A stretch of DNA of 64,000 nucleotides, taken from NCBI GenBank assembly GCA_964471475.1, contig CAYYFQ010000001.1:2019-66018 (forward strand). The letters run 5' to 3'. Shown here in pieces: positions 20,191 to 31,044 of this stretch; positions within the stretch are counted from its first letter, which is position 1, and each line of letters begins with the position of its first letter. The position numbers and the translations under genes are program-made. Below the pieces are notes generated by a model. That model saw only the letters and a list, made by a program, of their open reading frames with translations, did not search any database and was not told where the DNA came from. Origin of the DNA: an uncultured Gammaproteobacteria bacterium. GTDB taxonomy: Bacteria; Pseudomonadota; Gammaproteobacteria; CAISUE01.

Positions 20191-21837
20191 TTAAAATAAC
20201 CCTTGAATCTCTCCACTTTCTTCCAAATAAAAAGCATCTGCATTGGGTATTTTATTTAAACCAGGCATCGTTACCACACTTCCTGCCAAACAGTAAACAA
20301 AACCAGCACCTGCACTTAAAAGCACTTCACGTATTGGAAAAATATAATCACGTGGCGCACCTTTTAAGGCTGGATCATGACTGATACTTAAATGAGTTTT
20401 CGCCATGCAAATCGGAAGATGCCCATAACCCAAATCGGTAAAACGCTCAAGTTGTTGCACAGCTTTTTCACTTAACTCAATATCTTGCGCTTGATACATT
20501 TTTTGCGCAAGACAACGAATTTTATCTACCAGCGGCAAATGATTTTCATACAATAATTTTAAGTGCGATGGTTGTGTAGAAGCTTGCATCACAGCTTCTG
20601 CCAAGGCCATTGCACCAACGCTTCCCTCACTGAAAGCTTGGTGCATCACACAATCCAAAGCTCCAGCAGCTAATGCCATTTCTTTCACTAAAGCTATTTC
20701 TTCTTCTTGATCTTCTAAAAAACGGTTCAAGGCGACCACCACGGGAATACCAAATTGTGCTAAATTTTTAATATGCTGCTTTAAATTCTTTGCGCCCAAG
20801 AGCAAAGCCTTTGAGTTTTTTTGAACTACTTGCGCGCGATCACTTACTCCTCCATGAGATTTTAGTGCACGGATAGTCGCCACTAGCACCACCACATTTG
20901 GTGCAAGCTCGCTCACCCGACATTTGATATCAAAAAATTTTTCAGCGCCCATATCAGCAGCAAAGCCTGCTTCTGTGATCACGTAATCAGCTAAAGGAAG
21001 CGCCATTTGGTCAGCCAAAATAGAAGAGCATCCATGCGCAATATTCGCAAAAGGACCCGCATGTAAAATAGCAGGTGTTCCTTCCGATGTCTGCATCAAG
21101 CTGGGTGCTAGTGCTTCATGCATAATCACTGAAGCAGCTCCACTGGCTTTTAATTTTTGCGCCGTAATCGGCTGATGGCTTTGATCATACGCTAAAATAA
21201 TTTTATCCAAACGCTCATGTAAATCACGAATGACTTCACGTATGGAATTCCCTTTTAGCAATGCTAAAATCGCCATCAATTCACTTGCAGCAGAAATTTC
21301 AAAACCGCTTTCACGATGATATTTGCCTGCTTCAATTTTGATATGTCGTAAACTGCGATCATTCACATCTAACACACGCTTAAAAGGAATATTATCTAAG
21401 TTAATATGGAGTTGATTACCATGATAAAGATTATTGTCTAACTGCGCCGCCATTTGATTATGCGCTTGCGTAATGGCATGAATATCGCCCGTTACATGCA
21501 GAATACTTTGCGAAAAAGGTTCAATACGTGCTTTACCTCCACCTGCGCCAGCCCCTTTGATGCCAAAAGTTGGCCCCATTGAACTTTGACGCAATGTCAC
21601 AATCGCGCGCTTACCCAGTCGATTTAACGCCATCCCAAGCCCAATCGTCGTGGTGGTTTTTCCTTCGCCAAATGCCGTCGGAGTAATAGCGGTCACGAGA
21701 ATATATTTCCCTTTCGGGCGATGTTGATTTTTTTCAAGCAAATGTAAATTTAGTTTTGCTTTATAGCGCCCATGTAATTCATAATCCTCTTCGTTAAGGC
21801 CTAAGGCGGACGCAATATGAGTGATAGGTATGGTCAT
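20191..21837 (-). CDS. fhs: formate--tetrahydrofolate ligase
   Basis: 548-aa ORF with TPTAFGEGKTTTTIGL, GPTFGIKGAGAGGG and the conserved C-terminal region. Confidence 0.95.
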   Translation of the reverse strand: MTIPITHIASALGLNEEDYELHGRYKAKLNLHLLEKNQHRPKGKYILVTAITPTAFGEGKTTTTIGLGMALNRLGKRAIVTLRQSSMGPTFGIKGAGAGGGKARIEPFSQSILHVTGDIHAITQAHNQMAAQLDNNLYHGNQLHINLDNIPFKRVLDVNDRSLRHIKIEAGKYHRESGFEISAASELMAILALLKGNSIREVIRDLHERLDKIILAYDQSHQPITAQKLKASGAASVIMHEALAPSLMQTSEGTPAILHAGPFANIAHGCSSILADQMALPLADYVITEAGFAADMGAEKFFDIKCRVSELAPNVVVLVATIRALKSHGGVSDRAQVVQKNSKALLLGAKNLKQHIKNLAQFGIPVVVALNRFLEDQEEEIALVKEMALAAGALDCVMHQAFSEGSVGAMALAEAVMQASTQPSHLKLLYENHLPLVDKIRCLAQKMYQAQDIELSEKAVQQLERFTDLGYGHLPICMAKTHLSISHDPALKGAPRDYIFPIREVLLSAGAGFVYCLAGSVVTMPGLNKIPNADAFYLEESGEIQGLF

Positions 21838-21878
21838 GTTGAAAATTTACTCTCCTCTTAATGTACTAGAACCTCTCC

Positions 21879-22970
21879 CTAGAAACAGCTCTTCGTTAAT
21901 CTCGTCTGTTGCAAATGACAAAAAATTTCATAAGAAATTGTACCGGCTGCCTGCGCCACCCACTCGATCGGATGATCTTTTCCCCATAAAGTCACGGTTT
22001 GGCCAATGAAAGCATTTGGGATATCGCTAAGATCCACTTGTAGCATATCCATAGAAACACGCGCAATGATGGGAGTGATTTTGCCATCAATAAGCACTGA
22101 ACTATTTTGAATCATACGAGGATAACCATCCCCATAACCAAAAGCCACCATACCAACACGCATATTTTTAGGGCAAGTATAAAACTCCCCATAACCTAAT
22201 TTACTGCCGGCAGGATAATCATGAATGGCAATTAATGTGGATTGAACTGTCATCACCGCTTGCAAATCAAAATCACGCCCTAATTTATCAGAAAAAGGAG
22301 AAGCTCCATACAACATAATACCAGGACGAACCCAATGTCCATGTGTTTCTGGATGCGCCATAATTGCCGCTGAATTCGCCAAACTTTTTAAAGGAGCGCC
22401 TGGCAGTTCTTGATGTACTTGATTGAACAATACCGTCTGCTCTTGAGTTTTCGTTTTCGTTAAATCATCTGCATCCGAAAAATGTGTCATCAGCGTAATA
22501 GGCTTCGTCACTCTATTTGACGCCATTAGTTGATGATAAATACGAGGGATTTCGTAAGGGCCAAACCCCAGACGACGCATTCCGGTATCCACTTTTAACC
22601 ATACTGAAAGCGGCATTGCACCTGTCAATTGCTCAACCCATACCAGGTCTTCTTTTTTGTGCAACACAATAGTCACACCCAAAGCTTGAGCTTCTTGTAA
22701 TTCCACCAAGCTTTGCACCCCATCAGCTAATACAATTTGACCTTTAATACCTGCTTCGCGCAACCGTATGGCTTCCTCCAACACAGCAACACCTAAGGCA
22801 TCTACGTTTGCCGCCGTCAGGACTTCGGCCACCCAAAGTAAACCATGACCATAAGCATTGGCTTTCACCATCGCTAAAATTTTTGCGTGCGGCGCATAAT
22901 CGCGAACGCGTTGCAAATTATGCGTTAAAGCTTGCGCATCCAAATACAAGAGACGATGTGGCTTATGCAT
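21879..22970 (-). CDS. alr: alanine racemase
   Basis: 363-aa ORF with the PLP-lysine motif (AMVKANAYGHG) and YGASP...SMDML motifs. Confidence 0.9.
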   Translation of the reverse strand: MHKPHRLLYLDAQALTHNLQRVRDYAPHAKILAMVKANAYGHGLLWVAEVLTAANVDALGVAVLEEAIRLREAGIKGQIVLADGVQSLVELQEAQALGVTIVLHKKEDLVWVEQLTGAMPLSVWLKVDTGMRRLGFGPYEIPRIYHQLMASNRVTKPITLMTHFSDADDLTKTKTQEQTVLFNQVHQELPGAPLKSLANSAAIMAHPETHGHWVRPGIMLYGASPFSDKLGRDFDLQAVMTVQSTLIAIHDYPAGSKLGYGEFYTCPKNMRVGMVAFGYGDGYPRMIQNSSVLIDGKITPIIARVSMDMLQVDLSDIPNAFIGQTVTLWGKDHPIEWVAQAAGTISYEIFCHLQQTRLTKSCF

Positions 22971-23622
22971 GAATAATATCAGTCCCTTTGGGAATTGAGA
23001 ACGTAAATAAAGAAGGATTCACGCCTTCTCTCAATTCCGAAAAACGAATATGCGTCATCTGATCTAAACTATCGATCACCGTCATTTGCGCCAACACAAA
23101 TTTATTGCCTTCTTGATTAAATTGGATTTTCAACGAATGAAAAAATGTGGGCCTCTTCGGCATCAATGTGAAAATTTCAGCTCCTGTCGCGGAAAATAAG
23201 CTGACGTTATAATTAGCACTGATTTGATCAAGACTACCTGAAAGCAACATAGCGGGTGAATTTTTCATCGCCATGGTTTGTTGTTTTTGTATCGTCACTT
23301 GTTGCAAAGCAGGATCATAAAAATAAATTTTCTGCCCATCTGCTATTAACAATTGCGTCATCGGCTTTAACGTTTGCCAACGAAACTGCCCTGTTTGTTG
23401 CCCGCTAAGCGAGCGATTCAACGCAAATACCCCACGCGTTTCTTGTACCAAAGCCCCTTTATCGTCCAAAATCTGTTGCACAAAACTTCCTTGCGTTTGT
23501 TGATATTGCGACAAATGTTGAATCAACTGTGAGGTGGGAGTCGAATCCGCGAAGCTGAGGGTAGAGATGCTCATTAACACTACCATGAAAAATAATTGAA
23601 AAATTTTTTTGGCCATACTCAT
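22963..23622 (-). CDS. lolA: outer-membrane lipoprotein carrier protein LolA
   Basis: 219-aa ORF with a signal peptide. Size and pattern fit LolA (GSFVQQ...F..., YFYDPALQQVT). Confidence 0.8.
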   Translation of the reverse strand: MSMAKKIFQLFFMVVLMSISTLSFADSTPTSQLIQHLSQYQQTQGSFVQQILDDKGALVQETRGVFALNRSLSGQQTGQFRWQTLKPMTQLLIADGQKIYFYDPALQQVTIQKQQTMAMKNSPAMLLSGSLDQISANYNVSLFSATGAEIFTLMPKRPTFFHSLKIQFNQEGNKFVLAQMTVIDSLDQMTHIRFSELREGVNPSLFTFSIPKGTDIIHA

Positions 23623-24045
23623 GAAAGTCCTTAGAAAAGTTTTTAGTGAAGGGAAATGATAGCATTTTTCTATGAAGCGCGGTCAGTGATTGCTGCTTAG
23701 AATCTTAATTCTACGTTAATAACAAATAACCTCAAAGAGTTTAATCGCATACCAAAGCTTAAACTTGAAAATTGGATTCGATAAAATGCCATGGAAATGC
23801 CAATGGGTGACGAAATCTATACCCATCGTACTTGAAGATGCTGGGTTATAACAACGTATTTTTTGCAAAATAGCAAGTATTGGAAATTTTGTTGCTAATT
23901 GTTCAAGGTGGGATGCCAAAATACCTTTAAGCATTTTTTACTCATTTTTTAAAAAGAAAAGGTTTTTATTATGAATTTGTTGTACAATTTGTCAATTGAA
24001 TTGCAAATTGGCACGCTCATCGAGAACTTCCCTAGGATATAAAAA

Positions 24046-26967
24046 ATGACCGACTACAAATCCACCCTCCACTTACCCGAAACCTCTTTTGCAATGAAAG
24101 CTAATCTTGCACAACGAGAACCCGCGATGCTTAAAGACTGGCAAGAGAAAAAAATTTATCATAAGCTACGCGAAGCACGTAAAGGGGCACCAAAATTTAT
24201 TTTGCACGATGGACCATTGTACGCCAATGGCAGCATCCATTTAGGACACGCATTAAATCGAATCTTAAAAGATATCATTGTGAAAGCAAAAGGCTTCGAA
24301 GGCTTTGATGCACCTTTTGTACCGGGGTGGGATTGTCACGGCCTCCCTATTGAGTTAAATGTTGAGAAAAAACACGGTAAACCAGGCCAAAAATTAGATG
24401 TGAATGCTTTTAGAAAAGCCTGTAGGGAATATGCGGAAAGTCAAATTGCCTCCCAGAGTGAAAGCTTCCAACGTTTAGGTGTATTTGGCGATTGGGAACG
24501 TCCTTACTTAACCATGAGCTTCCGCTACGAAGCTAATATCATTAGGGCTTTAGCCAAAATTATCGCCAACGGGCATTTACTCAAAGGCTCAAAACCAGTG
24601 TATTGGTGCTTAGATTGTGGGTCTTCACTGGCAGAGGCTGAAATTGAGTATCAAGATAAAACTTCTCCTGCCATTGATGTAGCCTTTGATGTAGTAAATG
24701 TGGAAAGTTTTAAAAAACGATTTGCCGATCAAATAAATTCAAACGTGCTCCCAAATACTCACACCGTGACTTTCCCTATTTGGACAACCACTCCTTGGAC
24801 ACTGCCTGCAAATGAAGCAGTAGCTCTTGGGCCTGAGATTGAATATAGCCTACTCTATTCTCAACAACAAAACAGAATTTTTATCGTTGCAAGCAACTTA
24901 ATAGATAGCATCAAAAACCGTTATTCTGCATCCAGCGCCCTACAAAATGAGCATATAAAACCCGATGACTATGTCGTTTTATGCACTACCTTTGGAAAAA
25001 GTTTTGAAGGGATCGAGCTCAAGCATCCTTTTTTAGATAAAAAAGTACCCATCGTTTTAGGGATACACGTTACCACCGAAACGGGCACTGGCGCCGTTCA
25101 TACAGCACCGGCTCATGGCCAAGAAGATTATCAAGTAGGTTTGACTTATGGCTTGCCGGTCCATAATCCCGTATTAGATAACGGCTGCTTTCACGAAAAT
25201 ATCCCCTTAGTAGGTGGAGTCCATTTATTAAAAGCCAATGACATTATTTTAACTACACTACAACAAAACCAAAAATTATTGCACCAAGAAAAATTATTAC
25301 ACAGCTATCCTCATTGCTGGCGCCACAAAACACCTGTGGTTTTTCGTGCAACGCCCCAATGGTTTATCAGCATGGAACAAAAAAATTTACGAGTACAAGC
25401 ATTGAACCAAATTAAACAAGTACAATGGATTCCTGAATGGGGGGAAGCACGTATTGAAAAAATGATCTCAGATCGCCCGGATTGGTGTATCTCAAGGCAA
25501 CGTACTTGGGGCGTTCCTATTCCACTTTTCGTCCATAAACAAACCCAAGCTCTCCATCCCGACACACAAAATTTATTAACACGTATTGCCGATACAGTAG
25601 AAAAAAATGGCATAGAAGCTTGGTTTAATAGTGAAACCAGCGATTGGCTTGGTGAAGATGCCCCACATTACGAAAAAATTAAAGACACCTTAGATGTGTG
25701 GTTTGACTCTGGTGTCTCGCATTATGCGGTGTTAAGCTCTGGTCAATGGCCCGAGTTACATTTTCCTGCTGATCTTTACTTAGAAGGCTCTGATCAACAT
25801 CGTGGATGGTTTAATTCTGCTTTAATGACATCAGTAGCTATGCATGGTGTTGCTCCCTTTCGCACAGTCACGACGCACGGATTCACAGTGGATGGGAACG
25901 GCCACAAAATGTCAAAATCTTTAGGCAATGTATTAGCCCCCGAAAAAATCATCAACTCCCTTGGCGCCGATATTTTGCGCTTGTGGGTTGCCTCCACAAA
26001 TTATCGCGCCGAAATTACTGTTTCGGAAGAAATATTTAAACGCATGGCGGATGCTTATCGCCGTATTCGGAATACGGCGCGTTATTTACTTGCGAACTTA
26101 CACGATTTTAATCCCGCAAAAGATTTATTACCAGCAGGACAATGGCTAGCACTTGATGTGTGGGTGGTTCAACAATGTATGCTTTTACAAACACGCGTCA
26201 TCGAATGTTATGAACGCTTTGAGTTTCATCAAGTTTACCATGAAGTGCATAATTTCTGCGTGAATGTTTTAGGGGGGCTATATTTAGATGTTATTAAAGA
26301 TCGTCAGTACACTGCCAAAAAAGACGGCACCCCTCGCCGAGCCGCTCAAAGCGCAATGTTCCACATACTGCATGCTTTAACGCGTTGGTTAGCGCCCATT
26401 TTAAGTTTTACTGCAGAAGAAATTTGGCAATCTATTCCAGGCAATCAACTTACAGATAGCGTATTTTTGACTACCTGGTATAAAAGTTTCCCGACTGAAA
26501 CAACGCTTACCGCTGCAACCACACAAAAATCTTTAACCCTGGATGATTGGCAAAATTTATTCACCTTACGCGCTATGGTGAATAAAGCTCTGGAAACCGC
26601 CCGGAATAATGGTTTAATTGGCGCCGGTTTAGAAGCCAAGGTCATTGTGCACTGTCAAAACGAAAGTAGCTTAAGCGAAGCCGCGCAAAAACTAGGAGAA
26701 GAATTAAAATTTCTTTTCATCGCCTCAGGCGCTGAAATAAAAATCAGCCCAAAATTACCTTCTCAGCTACCCATTCAAGAATGTATTTTAGCAAATGACA
26801 ACAAACTCACGCTCAGCTTTGAAATCATCCCTCTTTCGGATGCTTTAAAATGTGCTCGTTGCTGGAATCGCGTAGAAGATGTGGGACATCATCTTGCACA
26901 TCCTCAAATTTGTGGGCGCTGTGTAAGTAATGCATTTGGAGAAGGGGAAGAGCGGTTGTTTGTTTAA
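24046..26967 (+). CDS. ileS: isoleucine--tRNA ligase
   Basis: 973-aa ORF with a HIGH-type motif (SIHLGHALN), KMSKS (HKMSKSLGN) and a C-terminal Zn finger (CARCW...CGRC). Confidence 0.95.
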   Translation: MTDYKSTLHLPETSFAMKANLAQREPAMLKDWQEKKIYHKLREARKGAPKFILHDGPLYANGSIHLGHALNRILKDIIVKAKGFEGFDAPFVPGWDCHGLPIELNVEKKHGKPGQKLDVNAFRKACREYAESQIASQSESFQRLGVFGDWERPYLTMSFRYEANIIRALAKIIANGHLLKGSKPVYWCLDCGSSLAEAEIEYQDKTSPAIDVAFDVVNVESFKKRFADQINSNVLPNTHTVTFPIWTTTPWTLPANEAVALGPEIEYSLLYSQQQNRIFIVASNLIDSIKNRYSASSALQNEHIKPDDYVVLCTTFGKSFEGIELKHPFLDKKVPIVLGIHVTTETGTGAVHTAPAHGQEDYQVGLTYGLPVHNPVLDNGCFHENIPLVGGVHLLKANDIILTTLQQNQKLLHQEKLLHSYPHCWRHKTPVVFRATPQWFISMEQKNLRVQALNQIKQVQWIPEWGEARIEKMISDRPDWCISRQRTWGVPIPLFVHKQTQALHPDTQNLLTRIADTVEKNGIEAWFNSETSDWLGEDAPHYEKIKDTLDVWFDSGVSHYAVLSSGQWPELHFPADLYLEGSDQHRGWFNSALMTSVAMHGVAPFRTVTTHGFTVDGNGHKMSKSLGNVLAPEKIINSLGADILRLWVASTNYRAEITVSEEIFKRMADAYRRIRNTARYLLANLHDFNPAKDLLPAGQWLALDVWVVQQCMLLQTRVIECYERFEFHQVYHEVHNFCVNVLGGLYLDVIKDRQYTAKKDGTPRRAAQSAMFHILHALTRWLAPILSFTAEEIWQSIPGNQLTDSVFLTTWYKSFPTETTLTAATTQKSLTLDDWQNLFTLRAMVNKALETARNNGLIGAGLEAKVIVHCQNESSLSEAAQKLGEELKFLFIASGAEIKISPKLPSQLPIQECILANDNKLTLSFEIIPLSDALKCARCWNRVEDVGHHLAHPQICGRCVSNAFGEGEERLFV

Positions 26968-28128
26968 CTATCGAATGGCCGCCATTCGGCCATTCGTATC
27001 CATGACACAAACCACATTATTTCCACACGGCAGGGGTGCATTGATGATGCTGATATTTTTCATTAGCAAAAAGCACCCCATGGGTTCGCCATTGGTAGGA
27101 TTAAGAAAGTGCACATAGCCTTCCATGTCACCAAAAATTAATTGTTGATTAAAAATAATCGCGCCACTTAAGAAGCGCCACGCATAGGTTTTTTGTTGCC
27201 AGCGTTGATGGCCCTGCAATTCATCATAGGCGGTAATAGTACCATCCGCTTGCATAGCGTATACATTAACCTCATCCGCAGCTAAATTGGCATAAATCGA
27301 GTTAGGTTGTTGCCATACGATTTTTCCGGTGTTAGGATTAATCGCAACCAATGCGCCTTGATAAGTCGCCACAAATAATTTGCCATTTGCTAAAACCAAA
27401 TCTGCGTCAATATCAATAAGACGTTGAATTTCCGCGACCCCATGTGCTTCAGCCGCTTGAATACTCCAAATTTCTTCACCATTTTTTAAATTGAGTGCAA
27501 CCACTTTGCCATCCGAAAAACCAACAAAAGCACGATCTCCTTGCACCAAAACTTTACTGCTTGCATGCAGCATTAAGGAAGGTACCAAATGTTCATATTG
27601 CCACACTTGCTGCCCATTTTGTCGATCAAACGCCGTCACAGTTCCATCAATAGTTTTAACAAGCAATAAATTTGGTGTAAAGGTAGGAGCCGCTAATGCT
27701 TGCGTTGATGCAGTCGCATGCCATAGATCTTTTCCATTTGCGGTTGAGAAGACTCTCAGAACCCCTTTACTATCCACAATTGCCAACTGATTAGCATCGG
27801 CCGCTACACCACTTTTTCCAGCATTCTCAAAAGTCTTATCCCATAAAGAAGAACCATTAGTCGCAGAGGTGGCATAAAAATGCCCATTGATATCGATAGT
27901 ATAAATAACATTGTTACTGATTGTAGGCGTTAATAACAGATAATCTCCACGGCTTGCAACACCCGCTTCATGATGCCAAATTTCTTGTGGTGTTATTTTT
28001 GCTTTATAGGTAGGCAATGGTGCAGGATCAGGAATATTACTCGTACCATAAGGACTAAAAATAGAGCAAGCACTGAGAATTCCAGTGAGCAAAAAAACCA
28101 CACTAACTTTTTTAATAAAAGAGGTCAT
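26968..28128 (-). CDS. bamB: outer-membrane protein assembly factor BamB
   Basis: 386-aa ORF with a lipobox (LSAC) and repeated PQQ-like beta-propeller blades (G.L.A....G...W). It lies downstream of yfgM as in other gammaproteobacteria. Confidence 0.85.
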   Translation of the reverse strand: MTSFIKKVSVVFLLTGILSACSIFSPYGTSNIPDPAPLPTYKAKITPQEIWHHEAGVASRGDYLLLTPTISNNVIYTIDINGHFYATSATNGSSLWDKTFENAGKSGVAADANQLAIVDSKGVLRVFSTANGKDLWHATASTQALAAPTFTPNLLLVKTIDGTVTAFDRQNGQQVWQYEHLVPSLMLHASSKVLVQGDRAFVGFSDGKVVALNLKNGEEIWSIQAAEAHGVAEIQRLIDIDADLVLANGKLFVATYQGALVAINPNTGKIVWQQPNSIYANLAADEVNVYAMQADGTITAYDELQGHQRWQQKTYAWRFLSGAIIFNQQLIFGDMEGYVHFLNPTNGEPMGCFLLMKNISIINAPLPCGNNVVCVMDTNGRMAAIR

Positions 28129-28132
28129 AGCA

Positions 28133-28762
28133 TTAAGCCGATAAATTATTAAGTTTCATCACGACTAAAGAATGTAAAATAGCTTCTTCAGGAATATTCA
28201 CTAAAGCTTGTTGATAAGCTTCGCGCGCTTCATTATTTTTCTTTAACTGGGCATAAGCATCCCCACGCTCAGAAGAAATCATAGGCAAGTAGGCCTTGTC
28301 ATCAACATGCTCAAGCGTTTTCAACGCGTTATTACCCTGATCCATTTGCATTTCTAAACGAGCTAAACGCAAACGCGCTACTTGATTAATCGCAGGAGTA
28401 CGACCACGAAGCATCACATCCTTCAGTTTTTTTTCCGCATCTTCGTATTTATTTTGAGTAATATCACGTTTTACCAATAATAATTCTGCTAACTTTGCAT
28501 AATCACTTGCAGGGTAGCGTTTAATTAAATATTCCGCCGAAGCATTCGCCGCAGCTGTTTGATTAGCAGCAAGATTATCCAATAACTGTTCATAACGCGC
28601 TGACGCATGCGCATAGGCACGTTCATTTAAAAATTGCCAATGCTGATAGCCAAAAAGCAAAGCTGCCGCAAGAATAACGCTCATCACAATCGAGGCGCCG
28701 TATTCTTTTAACCAAGCTTTCACTTGCTCTATTTGTTCATGCTCTTCAATATCCAATGCCAT
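28133..28762 (-). CDS. yfgM: YfgM family (ancillary SecYEG translocon subunit-like) TPR membrane protein
   Basis: 209-aa ORF with N-terminal EQIEQVKAWLKEYG followed by a TM segment and a TPR-like C-terminus. It holds the conserved hisS-yfgM-bamB position. Confidence 0.75.
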   Translation of the reverse strand: MALDIEEHEQIEQVKAWLKEYGASIVMSVILAAALLFGYQHWQFLNERAYAHASARYEQLLDNLAANQTAAANASAEYLIKRYPASDYAKLAELLLVKRDITQNKYEDAEKKLKDVMLRGRTPAINQVARLRLARLEMQMDQGNNALKTLEHVDDKAYLPMISSERGDAYAQLKKNNEAREAYQQALVNIPEEAILHSLVVMKLNNLSA

Positions 28763-28775
28763 AAGGTGGTCTCTT

Positions 28776-30053
28776 TCATAATTGCGTCGATAAAGGGCGC
28801 TCTAAAAAATCTATTAAGTTTTGCGTAGCAATATTTATTTGTGGTTTTTCTTGACGCAAAAATTTGATGCTTATTGTATCAGCTTTCAGCTCTTCTTCGC
28901 CAATAATTAAAGCCAATTCGGCGCCACTTTTGTCAGCACGCTTGATTTGACTTTTTAAGCTTGTCAACCCTACATCCGTCACAATAGGACGAGAAAATGC
29001 ATCACGTAGTTTCTCGGCAATACCAAGGGCTTTACTTTTAGCAGCTTCCCCAAGACTGATGAGATAAATCCAAGGGTATTCCGGAAGGGGCCGTTGATGT
29101 GCCGCTTCTACCATTAGTAACACTCTTTCCAGCCCCATGGCAAAACCTATGGCTGCCGTCGATTTACCTCCCAATTGTTCTACCAATTCATTGTAACGAC
29201 CACCTGCGCATAAGGTACCTTGTGCTCCAAGTGCCGTTGTCGTCCACTCAAACACAGTATGGGTGTAATAATCTAATCCTCGCACTAACCGAGGATTGAC
29301 AGTAAAAGCAACTTGATTGGCACGCAACAAATTTTGTACGCTTTCGAAATGTTGTTGAGTGGGAGATGTAAGATAATCAACTAACTTGGGCGCACCCTCA
29401 ATTAATGGCTGCATCGCTGGATTTTTGCTATCTAAAATGCGCAAAGGATTTTTATCTAAACGACGCACCGAATCAGCATCTAATTGTTCCTTATACTGCG
29501 TAAAATACTCCACCAGCTTAGTTTTGTAGTGATGGCGCTCTGCAAAAGTCCCGAGGCTATTAATTTCTAAACAAAGATGTTGGTCAACTCCTAATGCCTT
29601 CCATAATCGAGCAGTTAATAAAATTAATTCCGCATCCGCATAAGGGTCCGCCTCACCAAAAAACTCAAAGCCCACTTGATAAAATTGACGATAACGCCCC
29701 GCTTGCGGACGCTCATAACGAAACATTGGACCACGATACCATAATCGTTGAATTTGATTATGCAACAACCCGTGTTCAATTGCGGCTCGCACGGCGCCAG
29801 CTGTTCCTTCCGGACGAAGACTCAACCACTCTTGATTTCGATCCTGAAAGGAATAAATTTCTTTTTCAACGATGTCAGTAATTTCACCCACACCTCGCAC
29901 AAATAATTCCGTTTTCTCTAAAATAGGCAATCGAATTTCTTGATAACCGTATTGAACGGCAATTTTTTGAATAATATTTTCTAAGTAGCTCCACAGGTGA
30001 CTAGTGGCAGGCAAGATATCATTGAAGCCGCGAACGGCATGGATGCTAGACAT
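28776..30053 (-). CDS. hisS: histidine--tRNA ligase
   Basis: 425-aa class II aaRS with HisRS-typical motifs (RGFNDILP, LRPEGT, FRYERPQAGRYRQF, GGRYNEL). Confidence 0.95.
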   Translation of the reverse strand: MSSIHAVRGFNDILPATSHLWSYLENIIQKIAVQYGYQEIRLPILEKTELFVRGVGEITDIVEKEIYSFQDRNQEWLSLRPEGTAGAVRAAIEHGLLHNQIQRLWYRGPMFRYERPQAGRYRQFYQVGFEFFGEADPYADAELILLTARLWKALGVDQHLCLEINSLGTFAERHHYKTKLVEYFTQYKEQLDADSVRRLDKNPLRILDSKNPAMQPLIEGAPKLVDYLTSPTQQHFESVQNLLRANQVAFTVNPRLVRGLDYYTHTVFEWTTTALGAQGTLCAGGRYNELVEQLGGKSTAAIGFAMGLERVLLMVEAAHQRPLPEYPWIYLISLGEAAKSKALGIAEKLRDAFSRPIVTDVGLTSLKSQIKRADKSGAELALIIGEEELKADTISIKFLRQEKPQINIATQNLIDFLERPLSTQL

Positions 30054-30059
30054 AATTCT

Positions 30060-31007
30060 CTAATGGTTATCGACAATATTTTCTGAAGTAGTGAGCGTGG
30101 ACGGTAAAGTAGAATCACTATTGTTTCCACTCGATTGAGGCGTGCTTACCATAATGGGTGGCTCAAAATGCGTAGAAGGCACGGCATCTTGTGGGTAGGT
30201 GTTCTCTGTGGAGACTTGTGTTGAAGAAACGTTAGTTTCTTTTTGCTCTTGTAAAATTGTTGGCATCGATGGCGAGGGCGCAGAAATCTCTGCAGCAACA
30301 GGTGGCGTCGCTGGCACAGGAGCGGCAGTAGGAGCACTAGAGGAGACTACGGCAGAAGAAACTGACGGAGTGGAAGCTGGTGCTGGAGAAGGTACGACCA
30401 CTGGAGAATGCCCCTCTTGAGTAGAAGGAACAGCAGGCATTGGAGCCGGTGTCGCTACCGCTTGTGCACTGACTTGAGGGGGAGCAGTAATCTGAGGAGG
30501 CGGTGTCGCAGGTGTTTCCACCGACGCTTCTGAAGTTTCAACGGTTTGATGCATTGCGCGCCACTCATAGCGATTATAAAGAATATAAATAATCCCCAAC
30601 ATCATACAAATAATAATAAGAATAATAAATAAACTCAATTTATCTTTCATAAAGCTATTGTCACTTACTTCAATATTTTCCGCATTCATCGCACCTTGAT
30701 CTTTTTTAGCATTTTGTTCAATATTTTTTTGAGCCGCTGTGGGTAGTGGCATTGCCTCTGCTGGGTCTTGGATTTGTGCTAAGCCTTTTTCGATATTAAC
30801 ACCTAGCATCTTGGCATAACTACGCAAATACCCTTTAACGTAAACTAAACTACCAATCTGTGGATAATTATTTTCTTCTAAGGCTTTAATGGTACTGAGT
30901 TTTAAACGCAATTGATCCGCGACTTCTTTTATGGTTAAGCCTTTTTTTTCACGCATCTTCTGAAGATATTCGCCTAATGACAATCGTGGGTTCGCTGACT
31001 CATCCAT
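30060..31007 (-). CDS. rodZ: cytoskeleton protein RodZ (HTH-TM-Pro-rich)
   Basis: N-terminal XRE-type HTH (LGEYLQKMREKKGLTIKEVADQL), one TM segment and a Pro/Ala/Ser-rich periplasmic tail. Position is conserved next to hisS. Confidence 0.75.
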   Translation of the reverse strand: MDESANPRLSLGEYLQKMREKKGLTIKEVADQLRLKLSTIKALEENNYPQIGSLVYVKGYLRSYAKMLGVNIEKGLAQIQDPAEAMPLPTAAQKNIEQNAKKDQGAMNAENIEVSDNSFMKDKLSLFIILIIICMMLGIIYILYNRYEWRAMHQTVETSEASVETPATPPPQITAPPQVSAQAVATPAPMPAVPSTQEGHSPVVVPSPAPASTPSVSSAVVSSSAPTAAPVPATPPVAAEISAPSPSMPTILQEQKETNVSSTQVSTENTYPQDAVPSTHFEPPIMVSTPQSSGNNSDSTLPSTLTTSENIVDNH

Positions 31008-31044
31008 GGTTTTTCCTTCAAGTCGATTCTAAAGTTTAAACATT

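Noticed and set aside
23716-23934. 72-aa minus-strand ORF in the lolA-ileS intergenic region
   Set aside because: It has no RBS, no recognisable domain and an odd composition. It is probably non-coding promoter space for ileS. The nearby CAATTG-rich pseudo-palindrome (23985-24010) is too degenerate to call an operator.
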